Shown piece after piece: positions 38,240 through 52,899 of a stretch of DNA of 64,000 nt. The notes beneath the pieces are model-generated. The model worked only from the letters and a program-made list of their open reading frames with translations. It ran no database searches and was not told the origin of the DNA. The position numbers and the translations under genes are program-made. The stretch lies in NCBI GenBank assembly GCA_050613775.1, contig JBODTK010000014.1, forward strand, positions 1,054,001-1,118,000, written 5' to 3'. Source of the DNA: Neocallimastix sp. 'constans' (Eukaryota). Position 1 is the first letter of the stretch; the number at the start of each line of letters is the position of its first letter.

Positions 38240-38790
38240 TTCCAATGAAAAAGTTGAAAAAAGGAATAGAGAGATAGTCAAATACATTTAAATACTTAAT
38301 ACCAATTAAAAGAATTAAGTAAACAAAATCAAGAATAGGATGATATTTTATCTAATGCATTTAAGTTTTATGAACAACAAAAAATGGAGTTACTAAATTT
38401 TGTAATTTTGAATTTCTTAATGATGGGAAAGATTTACAATCCTTTGAATTAGAAATTAGTATTGAAGAATCCGAAGAAGGATAAATTTCGTACAAAATAA
38501 ATATTTTGTACGAAAATTTAATTGGATTTCTGAAACTATCAAAAATATTGAAACTTCGAATAAGTTTTGGAAAGATAGGAAAAGAAAGATTAAAAGATTA
38601 AGTAGAGAATTTAAACCAGGAGATTTAGTTTTAATTATAAATTTCAATTAATATAAGTTTGACCCTTATTACATTGAACCATTAAAAATAGTTTAACAAC
38701 AATACAGTTACAGTATTTGACCCTTATAAGAATGAAATTGTTGTAAGAAACATTCATCTTAAAAACGTAATTCTATATATTAGTAATTAC
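38240..38790 (+). pseudogene. Gypsy integrase C-terminal remnant
   Basis: KVEKRNREIVKY; FKPGDLVLI; KFDPYYIEP; RNIHLKNVI, homologous to 1810-2073 and 39785-40084. Confidence 0.75.
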
Positions 38791-39237
38791 CTAAATTATA
38801 ATGAATAAAATAGTTATAATAATAATAATAATATAAATTTACTCATGTATATTTGATTAAAAATATAAATATTTAATAATAGTAATAGTACAATAATTAC
38901 TATATTAATATGCTTCCAGACTTCAAGGGATAAAGTCTAAGATTTGTAGGTGCGTCTTGCTGCTATAAATAAAAATAGTTTAAAATAACAAAAATACTAT
39001 TTAGAAAATTATTAATATATATATTTATTATTGAAAATTATTTTTTTATGATGAATATTAATATATATTATAAATAAAAATTTATTATTAATAATTATAA
39101 AAATATATAATTAAATAATAATGTTATTAAATAATTTATGAGTATATAGTAAAAAATAATTATATTAATTAGAATATCTGTTGAATGTTAATTGTTTTAT
39201 GATATATTATTATTAATACAGTTCTAGATATATTGAA

Positions 39238-42200
39238 TGATATGAATTAATAATTATAAGTGAAAATTCATAAATATTTATATTTATTAATTAGTTTAAT
39301 ATTACGAGAAATAATATTTAAAAAGTTAGTTATAATATAAAAATAAAAATGATTTATAAATAAATATTTTTAAATAAATAATATAATAATAATATGTATT
39401 TTTATTTATTATAAAATAATAAATAAAATAATAAATAAAATAATTAATAAATAAATTTAATTAATTGTTTTTGTGATAAAAATAAACTATTAAATGAATA
39501 TAAATATTAATAATTATTATTAAATAAAATTTTTAATAACTATATAAATATAAATATAAAATAATAAGAATATAATTAAAACATTGATTTATGTTTTAAA
39601 ATTTTTATTAATTATAAATATAATTAATAGATAGAAATCAAGCCACATATTGAAATTGTTGTAAAATCATTAGATTTAAATTTGATTTATGACATTAATT
39701 TATGTTTGAATAATAAAAACTATTTTATATTAATTAAGGTTTAAATATTTCATTTTATATCATTCGTACCACCTTAAGATACAACTATACCATGGTTGTG
39801 TTAAACTTGATAATATTTTTAAGGTGTACTGGTCGTTCTAAGCATGTATGTGTGTTAGGATCCATAAATTGAACTGTATTAAATTTCTTTTTAACTACTT
39901 GATAAGGTTCAACAAAATAAGGGTCCAATTTATATCTCGAAAAGTTCCTTATTTTAACTATATCGCTTATTTTTATTTCATTTTGTTCATTAAAACTTGT
40001 TTCTTTTTCTCTTTTAGTTTTCCAATATTTATTATTTTTATTGATGTTATTACAGGCATTTATAACCCATATATAATGATCCATAAATTTTTCAATTAAC
40101 TTTTCTTCTTGAGTTCCTTAAACATAAGGGGTAGGTAAAGTTGTGGATAATTCGAATGGTTGTTGATCTTTCCTACCTTAAACTAGTTCAAAACTGGAAT
40201 ATTTTGTCACTTTTTGAAGTTCTTAAAGCCCATAAAGCAGAAGGTAAAAGCATATCCCATTCTCTTTCTTTATTTCCTAAAAGTCTTAGTAATTTTTCGA
40301 TTTTTCGATTTTTCGATTTCTATTTTCTGTTAAGCCATTAGATTCTGGGTGATAAGTAACAGTAAATTTTATATATACGTCAAATAGATCTTTTATGTAC
40401 CTTGATTTTTCTCTCGAAATTTTTAAATTAGAAATAATTTTGAAATTTTTAATTTTTTTGTCTAAATTTATTTTTGAATATTTTACATTAGAAATTTTTA
40501 GATTTTCATTTTTATTAAAATTTTCTGATTTCATAATATCTTCATTTTCTGGTTTTCAATTGTCCTTATTTTCTAAGTCCTTATTCTTTCCCTTCTGAGA
40601 TGATACTTACCCTTTTTTAGATATTTCTATTTTACTCTTATTATTAATATTACGATTATTTGACTTAATTCTTGAGAGAGCATCTACAAGAGAATTTTTC
40701 TTACATTGATGATAGATTATCTTTATTCTTATCATACTAATGGTAATGCACCATCTAATATGCCTCATATTATTAGGTTCTTTATTATTAAATAAACCAA
40801 CTAGAGGTTTATGGTCTGTATATAGTAGTGTTTCAAATTTATTCCTGGAAATATAATATTTAAATTTTTTTCGCACAGAAATATACCGCAGTACCTTCTA
40901 AATCTGTAATACTATTATTTCTTACTTCTTTTTCTAAGTTCTATTAACAAAATGTACAGGATGTTCTAGTCAATCTTTTTCATTAATTTGTAATAGTACT
41001 CCACCTAAACCATCTTTTAAAGCATCAGTTCTAATTATAAATCGTTTATTATAATCAGGAAAAGCTAAGATAGGAGCTTGAATAATAGAATATTTTAATT
41101 TATCAAAGCTAGATAAGCTAGATTTTTTTTCTTCTGTCTATGTAAATGAAACATTCATTTTTAAAAGTTTATTTAAGGGAGCTGCTAACATAGTGAAATT
41201 GTTTATATATTTTCTATAACATCCTACAGTACCTATGAAAGATCGTAATTAATTAATATTGCAAGGTCTAATCCAGTTTTTAACAGTATTAACCTTGGAA
41301 TCTATTGTTTTTAAACCTTTATTAGTAACTATATGACCTAAAACTTCAACTTCTTGAAAAAAGGAACATTTTTCAATATTGATTTTTATTTCATATTATC
41401 TGAAAATTTCAAAAATTTCAAATACTATGTTTAAATGTTTTAAATGATCTTCTTTTATTTAGAAAATATTAAAATGTCATCAATAAAAACAAATACACAT
41501 TTACCCAATAATTCAAAGAGAATACGATTCATTTCTTTTTGGAAAGTAGCTGGAGCGCCAGTAAATCCAAAGAGTATAACTTTGTAGACAAAATTACCAA
41601 ATTTAGTTGTAGAACATGTTAAGTCGATTCTATCTTCGTCCATTCTAAATTGATGATAACCAGAGAGGAGATCCAGAGTAGAGAAAATTTCCGCACATCC
41701 TTGACTATAAAAAATTTCATCAATATTAAGAAGGGAATAAGAATCTGGTACTGTCATAGTATTTAACTTACAGTAGTTAGAACACAATCTCCATTTTCCA
41801 TTTTTCTTTAATACTATAACAATAGGAGAAAACCAGGAAATTTTAGAGTGTTCAATTAATCCCTGATTAATAAGTTTAATCAACTCTTAAGTATATCCAA
41901 CTTAATTTTATTTAATTATAAAATTTGCTTTTAAATTGTTTTGCGTTCTTAATAAGTTCAATATTGATGAGGATTTAATTTGGAGGGTGTAAGTTCATTT
42001 GTCGAAGTAGTAGTAACATCAATATATATTACTAACATTTCTATTATGACATCCCTAACTTTTGGATCTGATTTTGAATAAAACTTAGTAGAATGAATAT
42101 ATTTTAAAGGATTCAATACATCTTTCTCTATAATGAAAGATTCATCAGCACTTTTATTAATACGTTTTTTATCTTCTAAATACGAATCTCCGTTATCCAT

Positions 42201-43660
42201 CAAAAACATTCTTAATGTATTAATACTTTAATTAGGTCCAATATATTCAATAAGACAGGCAATCATTTCCATATCTTGATCTTCCACAATAGAAGCGATA
42301 ATATCAAATTTTTCAACTGAAGTAAAGTGACACAACGATCTTAACATTGGATGAATGAAAAGGTAGTTATCAGCAATTGACTTAAGTCCCAATAAGAAAT
42401 CATAATATACGTCTTTATGGTCAATAACACAAAAATACGCAATAAAGGTATAATTACCAATGGAAACTTTCAGTCGAACCACAATAGCATTCACGATAGT
42501 ACTATCACCAAGAGCTTAATAAATTAGGCCTCTACATATACTAACTTGCTCGTAGGTAACAGGTAGACTATTAATATAAGTAGTACTTACTAGATTCAAA
42601 GTATTTCCAGAATCTATGAGTAATCTTCCTTTAGTATCGTCTACCGATTCACTTTTATTATTGACACCAAAATTTTTATCATCACACATATTCATTAATT
42701 TTATACTTATTTTTGTCAATATAATTTTTAATTTATTCATCTTTATTTAATTTATTATCATTAATATTTAAATTTTGAGAAGAATTTAAATTCTAATTTT
42801 AGGTTTTAGTATTTTCCTTTTGGATAAATCAACTTCTACTTCATCTTTCTTTTCTTCATCTTTTTGGAAAATATCGTTTTTAATAGCCGTATTCGCTTTA
42901 GCTTTCCAAATTTCCGTTCCAACATCTAAAGAAAACTCTTTTCTTTTGTCAGCATCAACAAAATATTTCTTCTTCTCAGGAACGTTATTTGAATTTAAGG
43001 GAGAACATTCACTCTTAGTAGTTTAAATGTTCATTTATGACATTAGCTGAACCACTAGATTCTTCATTAAGCATTCTTTGGTATTTTAAATATTCAAAAT
43101 GATTAAATTATGGACAATTGTATTTCTTGTGACCTTCTTCGTTACTAATCTGTACTATATATTTACCTTTATTTCCCTCACTATTCAAATTATTATTTTT
43201 GAAATTATTATCACATGATTCATGAGTGACAATGTTATTATTAAAATTTTTGTTATTATGTGAATTAAATTTTTGATTATTGGAAGAATTTTTATTAGAG
43301 TTTCCAGTTCTTTTACCACATTCATTTTCAACTTCACCAATTAATTCATCTGTAGAAAAAAGCTTTCGCTAGACTAATTCTTTTTTCCGCAAGTTTAACA
43401 CCTTTCCATGCTTCTTTCTTGTTAAAAATTGACTTCAAATGTATATATTGTCATATTCTTAAGTTTATCAATAATGTCTTCTGGATCCATATATAAATCA
43501 TGAGAGTCTAAAAGAGCATCTCTTATTTCTTCTAAAGATGGATAAACAAAACTATTATCCGCATCTTTAGTTACTAATGTATTAAGAAAATAGATACTTT
43601 TACCAATCACTTTAAATTTACAATTATTAAAAATTTCCTCTTCATCAATAACTTGGTAAA
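39238..43660 (-). mobile_element. Gypsy-4 (gag, PR, RT, RNase H, partial IN, probable 3' LTR)
   Basis: Decayed knuckle EEGHKKYNCP at ~43120; LLIDSGNTLNLV; SPIVIVLKKNGKWRLC...GYHQ...FIDDILI; RTDA...TDHKPL; IN core largely deleted; LTR starts TGATATAAAATG at 39762, far end uncertain. Confidence 0.85.
41455..41883 (-). pseudogene. Gypsy-4 reverse transcriptase core
   Basis: LDLLSGYHQ...FGFTGAPATFQ...VFIDDILIFS. Confidence 0.9.
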
Positions 43661-44900
43661 GAGTGATCTGTTATGATTTGAAATGAGAGTTTAGAACCTT
43701 TCAAGTGATTTCTCCAAACTTTTAAAGCAGTAATTACTCCAAGAAGTTCTTTATCATAAATTTTATAATTAATTTCAGCCGGAAACGTTGATCTGAAATA
43801 GAGTGCAACTGGATGGAGGAGATTATCTTCATTACTTTTTTGGGACAGGATACATCCGACCGCAAAATCGCTGACGTCAGTTTCCATAAAGAATTCTTTG
43901 TCATGTCTGGATGAATCAATACCTTATTGAAAGAATTTTTTAAATTATTAAATGCTTCGTCAGCTTGCTTGCTACATTTAAATAGTTTATTTTTCATTAG
44001 TAAATGCCTAAGAGGTTCCATGATTGAAGCAAAATCTTTGATAAATCTTCTGTTAAAGCTGCATAATCCCAAAAATCTTTGGAATTCTTTTATATTCTTT
44101 GGGATTAACCATTCCATGATTGACATAGATTTATCCTTGTTCATTGTAATCCCTTTGGGAGTTATCGTAGATCCTAAAAAATGTGTTTTTTCCACATGGA
44201 GGTCACATTTTTCCAGCTTCGCAAATAGATAATTTTCAATTAATTTTCTGAGTACGTGATTAACTTCCTTAATGTGATAATTTTTCTTTTTATCGTCAAG
44301 ATATATTTGAATGAATATTCCAAGTTCGTCAGAGAATATATCTTGAATAAATCTCTGAAATACAGAAGGAGCATTCCGCAAGCCGGAGAGCATCACAAAG
44401 TATTCATAATTTCCTAAAGGTGTTCTAAAGGCTGTTAGATATTCATGACTATCCTTTATTCGTATGAAGTTGTACCCTAAGCGAAGGTCGAGACGATAGA
44501 AAAAATTACTGATCCTTGAAATGATTCTTTTAGATCATTAATTCGTGATATTGGTAGCTATTCCTGATGGTTAGAGCATTGAGGCCGCGAAAATTCACAC
44601 ATAATCGTAGCGAGTCATCATATTTTTTAACAAATAGAACTAGTGCTCCAGCTGACGAATTCGATTTTCTTATAAATCCCTTTTTTAAATCTTCATGGAT
44701 ATTTCTTTTAAAATTTTCATTTCGGTTTCAAATAAAGATTATATTGGTCCATAGTAGAGTTGACTCCCTGGAATAATGTCTATTATCATGTCGTAACTCC
44801 GATGAAGCAACAATTTATTTGGCTTCTTTTTAGATACTATCTTCATATACGAATAATATTTATTTATTATTTCTTTTTTAATATTGATGTGTTGTTTGTT
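43660..44900 (-). pseudogene. RT-RNase H of a second, Tf/chromovirus-like Gypsy family (Gypsy-5)
   Basis: [30 protein letters not shown]...IYLDD; ETDVSDFAVGCILSQ...NYKIYDKELL...ITDH; fused to the Gypsy-4 gag at ~43660. Confidence 0.85.
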
Positions 44901-45094
44901 AGATTTGTCCGTGATTGTTGGTAATGCGCATATAAATATTGTTCATTCTTGAGTTCATCAGCGAAAAGGCAGTCATAAGTGAAAGAATCCTCAGGAACAT
45001 AACAAACCCGTGGATTACAGTCTCTTTCGAGTTTTTTGATGCAGGGTCTACTTCTTTAATCCTAAAAAACTTCGTTCAAATTCTATAACAACTC

Positions 45095-45900
45095 TCACCC
45101 TGGAATTTTTCTTGGTTATAGTAACAACACCAATGGATATAAAGTGTATGATATTATTAATAATAAAAAATTATTTTAGCTAGTACTATCGTATTTATGG
45201 AAAATGAACCTGGAAATTCTTTTATAAACAAATACTTTACCAATAACAAATTCAAGGAGAGTGCCAATATCAAAAAATTAAATCAATACAATTATTATAA
45301 TAAAATTGACAATAAGAAAAACAAGATTAATGAATATATTTTTTATAAAAATATAAATTCAAATAATAAAAAAGACACTAACATTTACAAAAATATAAAT
45401 CAATACATCAACATACACAATGATAAAAATAACAACAGTAATAATATTAATCATAATGATAATACTACTATTATCAACAAAACAAATATCAGCACAATAA
45501 GAAATGAATCAACAAATATTAATAATGTTCAACATAATAACCTAAAAAGTATTAATAATGAACTTCAAAACACAATGGAAAACGACAACAACAATAAATC
45601 AACAAATATTCAGAAGGAAATTAATATTATTAGCAATAAATATAAAGAAAACAACGAAAATAAAAGCAATCATTTTTTTGAAAGTACAAAAAGAAAATTA
45701 TGTATAAATTCACCCGATTCAAATAAAAGAAAAAAGGTAAGTACACAGAATTTATGAAAATAAATCAGAATAACAATACTCTGATTAAACTGTACATTTT
45801 CAAAGAAATATTCAAATTAAAAGATAAAAAGGAATGGTTAAACTTCAGTAAAAGAAGAGCTAGACAACATGATAAAACATAAAATATATTCAATTATTTA
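45095..45900 (+). pseudogene. Copia remnant: integrase C-terminus, Asn-rich linker, RT start
   Basis: PGIFLGYSNNTNGYKVYD...VFMENEPG; DKKEWL...KEELDNM. Confidence 0.8.
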
Positions 45901-46424
45901 TGTAACGAATACTAAAATTTGTAAATATAGCATTAGAGCTATAGCCATGAATCGAACTCTCGAGTTCGACTCACTCTTAAACCTACTTTTTTAATATTTT
46001 ATTTTCATTGTTCTAGTTAATTCTTTCTGTTTTTTCTTTAATAATTTCATAGAAATTATTAATAATTAAATTGAATTATTTATTTAATCCTTTCTTTCAT
46101 TAGTTTCTAATTTAACCGAGAAAATCAGTTTTAAACGATTTTTAAAAGATTCTAAAATTTTAGAAAATCATACAAACTGTTTTTCCGTAAAAAGTATAAA
46201 TAAGAGTAAAATTTTCACAAAAGAAATATTTTTTAAATTCGTGCTTTTATTAATTAATCAGTTAATAATAAGTAATTTGATATATTACATAATTAATTAA
46301 TAATTACCTTAATAAATTTTATTTTAATATATTTATAAAACAAATTTTTATTAAACACTTTTTACTTATTATTAATTTTCAGTGTTGCCTATTATTTTAC
46401 TAATTAGTGGACCACTACTTTACA
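45901..46424 (+). mobile_element. Solo LTR, same family as 7032-7607
   Basis: TGTAACGAA start; shared block TTTTCC.TAAAAA.TATAAATA.GAGTAAAATTT; end TTACA at the same distance (~230 bp) from the TATA box; flanks ATTTA/GTTTA (TSD with 1 mismatch). Confidence 0.75.
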
Positions 46425-48218
46425 GTTTATAATAAATATCTCTAACAAAGACATATTTATAAAATACAAATAAATATTTATTTTGCAAATTTATGTATCT
46501 AATTAATATTTTTTAAATAAGTGTTTATTAACTTATATTTTTGAAAAAATTCAAATATTAAAAATTAAATCAAAAATTATATTAAAACTTTATATTTTTA
46601 TATTTAATCCTATATTAATAATAATATTTATATATTTAAAACTTATAATATATTATATTTTTATTTTTATATTAATAATCAGAATTTCTATTTTATATTT
46701 TTTGTTTTTATTATATTTTATATCAAAAATGTTTTATTTTTTAATGAAAAAATATTTTATTTTATTAAAAACATTTATATTAGAATAGTATTTTTATTTT
46801 TGAATATTTTAACAAATTATAATAATAATTTTAACCAATTAAATAAATTTATATTAATAATATTTAATATAGATTTTTCTTTTTAATAATAATAATAAAA
46901 ATATATATTTTATTAATATTACAAATTTATTTATTTATATTATTAGAATTAAAATTTTATTTAATTGATTATTAAAATCAACTTAAATTTAATAATAAAT
47001 GTAATAACTTAGTGGCAAAAACAACTTTTATACCTTTAAAAAAGTATAAATAGTTGTAAATTATGATACTAATTTTTAAAGAATCATCAATTAATATATT
47101 ATTAAATTAATAAATAAATTAAAAATAAAAAAAATAAATAAATAAAAATTTGTGTTTATTATTTTTTCTGTTTTAATTTTCTAAACCTTAACAATTTTAT
47201 TTGGAAAATTACTAAATAATTATAAATAGATGTCAAATTGTTGATTTGGTTTATTGGATAATTTGGGTGAAATAACAGTAATCCAATAACATAAAATTTA
47301 TTTATTTAAGTAGTTTTAAATTATAAAATTTATTTAAAATTATTTTATATAATATTGAATTATAATATTTTTAATTAATAATAATAATTTTCTTATAGAA
47401 TATATAATTTTATCATTAAAAATTTATTAGATTATTTATAGAAATAATATAAATAAATAAAAGAACTATTAAAATATAATTATTAATATTTTTATTAGAA
47501 TATATTGTGTGTCACAATTCCTTATTGTCATGTCCTAAAATAAAATAAAATAATTCGATACATTTATAAAATATTATATCAATATGTGTAAAAAATATAG
47601 AAATATTTTTTATATTTCTTAGTCTAAATATAAATATTTAACCTCAAATATAAAGAAAAAATCATTTAAATTATTAAAATTATTTAATTAGATTTAAAAT
47701 AATTTATTTTATTTAATAATGAAATATTTATAGAATATTACTATTAAGGTAATTTTACAATAATCTTCCAAAAAGCAGAAAAGATAGATTTTTACATCTT
47801 TCTTTTATATTTTGTAAGTTACATAATAATTGTATTTAATTATAAGATATTGATAATAGTAAATAAATATTAATAAAATATTAAGATAATAGATATATTT
47901 AAAAGATTTAATATATCTAAATAAATTTTTTTTGTAATTATATAATTAATTTGAATAATTAAAAATAGTAGTTAATATTATATGTTGTAAACAAATATAT
48001 AAACATAATATAAATAAATGCATATGACGTAATATGTAGATAATTGAAATTAATATAAATCTTATATATTAATATTCTCAGAATTATTATGCCTTAGATA
48101 ATTATTTAAATATTAAATAAGAATTTATATTATTAATTATTTAAAATATAGATATTATTTATAATTAAATAAATAATATTTTTAATTAATGAAATGTAAA
48201 TAACTGAAATTGAGATTT

Positions 48219-51200
48219 TTTTAATTTTAATTTTTATTTTTTAATCTTTAATTATTTTTTTTTTATTAATTAAAGATTCCCATTATTTAATTTTACATGA
48301 TTCATAAATTTTATAATATAAATTATGTTACATTACATAAAAGATATTATGTAAATTAATAACAAGCCACGAATTTATGCATTAACAGACACTATAACTA
48401 AATAATAACATAATAAAAAATTTAATATAATTAATATAATAAACTTTATTCTTAACACTCCTCCTAAAGTTTTACTAATTAATTATTTAAATTTTAAACA
48501 TGTACATAATGGATTTCTCTGAATTTAGTTAAGGCATTTGTATTTAAATATTTTGTAAAATCATATGCAAGGTTTTCATTTGTTTATATGTACTCTAACT
48601 TAATTTTCTTTGAATTTATTAATTCTCTAATATGGTGATATCTGATATCAATGTGCCTAGATTTTGGATTTATAGTTTCGTTTTCTTTTCACTAATATAG
48701 ATAGCGACCTTATTATCTGTGTTTATTGTCATACATTTATGACCAAATCCGAATTCATAAAATAAATTTTCGTACCATAAACAACATCTAGAACACTCAT
48801 CTATCCCATAATATTCACTCTCATTGCTGTAATTTTGAATACCAAGAAGTAGGTTCAGATCTCATCATTACTAAATATTCTGTGGTAGATTTACGAATTT
48901 CTTTGTCTCTTCCATAAGCTGAATCTACTAATATTTTTAATTTTGAATCTTTAGAGAATTTTATACCGTAGTTTTGTTTACTTTTTAAGTATCTAAAAAT
49001 TCTCAACATGTTCAACCAATCTTCGAAAGTAGGATTCTTCGATTTACGTGAAGCTTTATTAACAGCAAATAAAATATCAAGGAGTGTGCAAACTCCTAAA
49101 TAAAGTAAACATAATGTAGCTTGTTCATACTTTGTAATATTGAACATCTTTTCTTTCAATTCTAGATTTTCTTCTTGAATCATATTTGAAGCAACTTTGT
49201 ATTTATCCATATCAAGTTTTGCTAAAACGATTTCTAAGTATCTTTGTTGTTGAAGTAAATATCCATCTGATTATTAATAAATTTAATACCTATAATGGTA
49301 TCTACTGGACCAATATCTGTAATGTTGAAATTTCGTTTTAGAAGAGATTTTGTTTATTTATTTCACATAACTTTCCAGCAATTAAAATATTGTCAACATA
49401 TATAGTTAATATACATATTATTTAACTTCGTTTATTTATCTTTACATACATACATGGTTCTCTTTTAAATCTTTTGAAACCTATATGAGTTAACTTACTG
49501 TTTAATTTTTCATTCCACAAGCGGCCAGATTGTTTTAATTCATAAAGTGACTTAACAAATTTCCAATAACCTTTCTGATAGTCTCTAGCACCTTCAGGGA
49601 TTTCCATATAAACTATTTCATCTAAATCAGTATATAAATATGCTGCTTTTATATCTATTTGAAAAATTTTGAAGTTATATTTAACAGCTAAAGCAGTAAC
49701 GATCCTCAAGGGTTCATGCTTCAAGGTTGGAGAATAAGTTTCATTATAGTCAATACCTTGTTTTTGGGTAAAACCGCATGTAACCAACCTAGCTTTCCTT
49801 TTTTTTATGGTCTTATCAGAATTATATTTATATCTGAACACCTATTTTGATGTTACCACATTTGCATCTTCTGGTATAATTCTAACTACTTCATATTCTT
49901 TCCTATTTTTCATATTATTTAACTCATCTTGCAAGGCATCTACCATTCCTTTTTATTAGACTTATTAAATATATCTTGATAGTTATAAGGTTCTCTTAAC
50001 TCAACTTTAGTAGTTACTGAACTTCATTTAACAAGTAAACCTTCAACATTAAAAGATTTAAGTTTCTTTGGTTTAATTATTTTACCATCATCATATTTTC
50101 TTTTACTTTTAATACGTTTATTTTAGTACGTCATCAATAATATCTTTAATATTAAATGATTTAATTTTTTTATTACCTTTAAATTTAATGTATTTTCATC
50201 ATTTTGTTTATATTTTCTTTTTGTATATTTTCTTTTTGGAATTTCATCCCCAATTAAGTCCTTAATATTAAATGATTTTAGTTTTTTAATGTTAGATACA
50301 TCATCTTTATTTTTATGTTTTCTTTTAGTAGCTTTTTTATTATTGTTCGTAGTTTTATTTTATTTATATCTTATCTTTATTTTCACCAACATTTTTGTCA
50401 ATTAATTCTTCGTTATTAGACATTTTGGATTTTTTGTTGTTATTATTTAAATTATATAATTCATTATATGAATTAATATCTTCAGTATTCTCCTCCATTT
50501 TTTACCTTTATATTTTCTTTTAGTGTTTCTTATATTGTTATTTGCATTTTCTGCAATTTCTTTATTTACCTTTTCACTTTTATTTTTAATTAAATTTTCA
50601 ATATTAAATTAATTTAAATTTGAATTATCAATTTTTTTATTATCAATAGAATCATTAAATTTATTTCTTCCTTCCTCTGTAACTGTATTTTCTTCTTTAA
50701 GTAAGTTTTCAATGTTAAATTCTATTTGTTTATTGTTACTCGAGGTTGGATCATCATTATTATTATAATTACTTATCACTTTATTATTATTGTTTTCAAT
50801 ATTTTCATTGTTTACAACTTTATTACTTTGAATAATTTATGTTCCATCAGTATATAATTTCTCACTTGATGGTTCATGGTTCATTTCTTTTAATTCATTA
50901 TATTTCATTTCCATACCAGAGATAAATAAGTTTATGTTTTGATTTTTATCATATTTTAGATTTTTCAACTCGTTCTTTATTTCACTAATTGTTAGCTCCT
51001 TACTCTTGCTATTCATGGCTTTTAATATTTCCATGATTTCATAAGTGGTTAAGTGTTTGAAATCTATATTAATTCTTATGTCTTTTCTGATTCTGTTATA
51101 AACAAAGTATTTAGCTTTTTTTATCCTCTTTAATCATATTTTCGGTAACAGAGAAAGTATAACGTAAACCATCTCTCCCTTTAACCTTACGATATAATTT

Positions 51201-51726
51201 TCTACTTTGAAATGGTATCATATCTTCTTCGATAAGTTCCATTTTTTGTTCATATAAATAATCTTCTAAACCTTTTCCTGATATTAAAATATCAATCTCT
51301 TGTAACCAAAGTCTATAATTATTTGTAGTTAGTAGATCTTCGGTTCTTTTATCTTCAATTTCTTTAATCATTTTAAATTATTTAATTTTATGCATAAAAT
51401 TATAAAAACACTTTAATAAAAAAAAACTTTTATTCATTTACTTTTTATGCTAGCTTTTTGAGTCACTGAGACTCTTATTCTTTTAATTTTAATTTTTATT
51501 TTTTAATCTTTAATTATTTTATTTTTATTAATTAAAGATGTCTAATATTTAATTTTACATGATTTATAAATTTTATAATGTAAATTATGTTCTAAATACT
51601 AATACATTACATAAAAGATATTATGTACATTAATAACAAGCCACGAATTTATCAGAGACTTTATAACAAAATAATAACATAATAATAAATTTAATATAAT
51701 TAATATAATATACTTTATTCTTAGCA
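48219..51726 (-). mobile_element. Ty1/Copia element C: both LTRs present, PR/IN deleted
   Basis: LTRs 51481-51726 and 48219-48457; PBS variant 51467-51480; gag 51371-50837; RT ~50000-49000; RNase H to ~48500; PPT AGGAGGAG at 48458-48465; flanks GATTT/TATTT. Confidence 0.9.
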
Positions 51727-52599
51727 TATTTCAATTCAGTTATAATTTCAATAATAAATTTTATTAATTAAAAATTAAAATAAGTATAATAAAATTAAAT
51801 ATTAATAATAAAATTTATTAAAATTTTCATAAATGAAATTATATTTATCTTTATTTATTACAAAACTTTTTTAAATTAATTTTAGGTAAATGATTAATAT
51901 TCCAGACTTATATACGAAATTATAAAATAATTAAAAAATTAAAAAAAAAAAAAAATGAATTAAATTTTAAACAAAAAAATAATAAACTTTAATATTTAAT
52001 GTTTTAAAATTATTTCTAAATAATTTTCTCAATAATATTATCAAATATAAATAATAAATAAATTAAATAATAAATTTCTATGAAATATAATTTGCTTTCA
52101 TATTATTGTAATTATGTTAAAAATCTTCAGATTTTTTTGCTAGTCTTTTCCTGAAGATACAACAGCTAACTAGCAAACAGTAGCTTAACCAATAAGTAAT
52201 TAATATATTATTTTAAATAATTATTAACTAAATAAACAAACACATAATAAAAATAAATAAATATTATAAAATTAGATTAATTAATAAATAAAAAATTATA
52301 TAATAACGATTTATCTCTGTTTTTCAGAAATCAAGATTTATCATTATTAAAAATATTAATACAGAGTTATCAAAATAATAATTTAAAATATAAAACTTAT
52401 TTTTTTGAAAAATTTTGTGTTTTTAAAAAAAAAAAAAATTTCCACTTTCTTTAACTATGATCGATTTTGCTTATAAGTATCTTTCTTTATTTTATTTTTT
52501 AATAAAACTTAAATTTTTTTTATATAAATTTAGAAAAATTTTATATAAAATTTTTATAAAAAATCCTTTTTTTTAGTTTCTTTCAATAAAAATACTTCT

Positions 52600-52895
52600 T
52601 TTAGATAAAATAAATAAGTTTTATCAAGCCCAACAAAATTCCTTATTCCTGCTTGCTATCTTTAAGTTAATATACAGCTACCAAGCGGAAAATCAATAAA
52701 CATCAAGAATGTGACCAAACCAATAAACTCAGTTTAATGAATCATAAAGAAACTTTTGAGTTCTATGTAGCTAACTTAAAACTAAATGGAATCTTTGCAA
52801 TTCTTAGCAGAGATTGGTTAAATAAGCACAAACCTTAAATCAATTTCGAAAAGAATACAATTTGCTTCTTGGAAAAATATTGTATTGATCACAGC
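52600..52895 (+). pseudogene. Gypsy (Tf-like) protease remnant
   Basis: FEFYVANL...AILSRDWLNKHKP*INFEKNTICF matches the ILG.DWL..H.P.I.W pattern. Confidence 0.6.
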
Positions 52896-52899
52896 GCCT

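Noticed and set aside
46450..48200. Long near-pure AT tracts (also 29600-31000 and 35400-36100)
   Set aside because: Low-complexity intergenic DNA with no periodicity or motif I could support.
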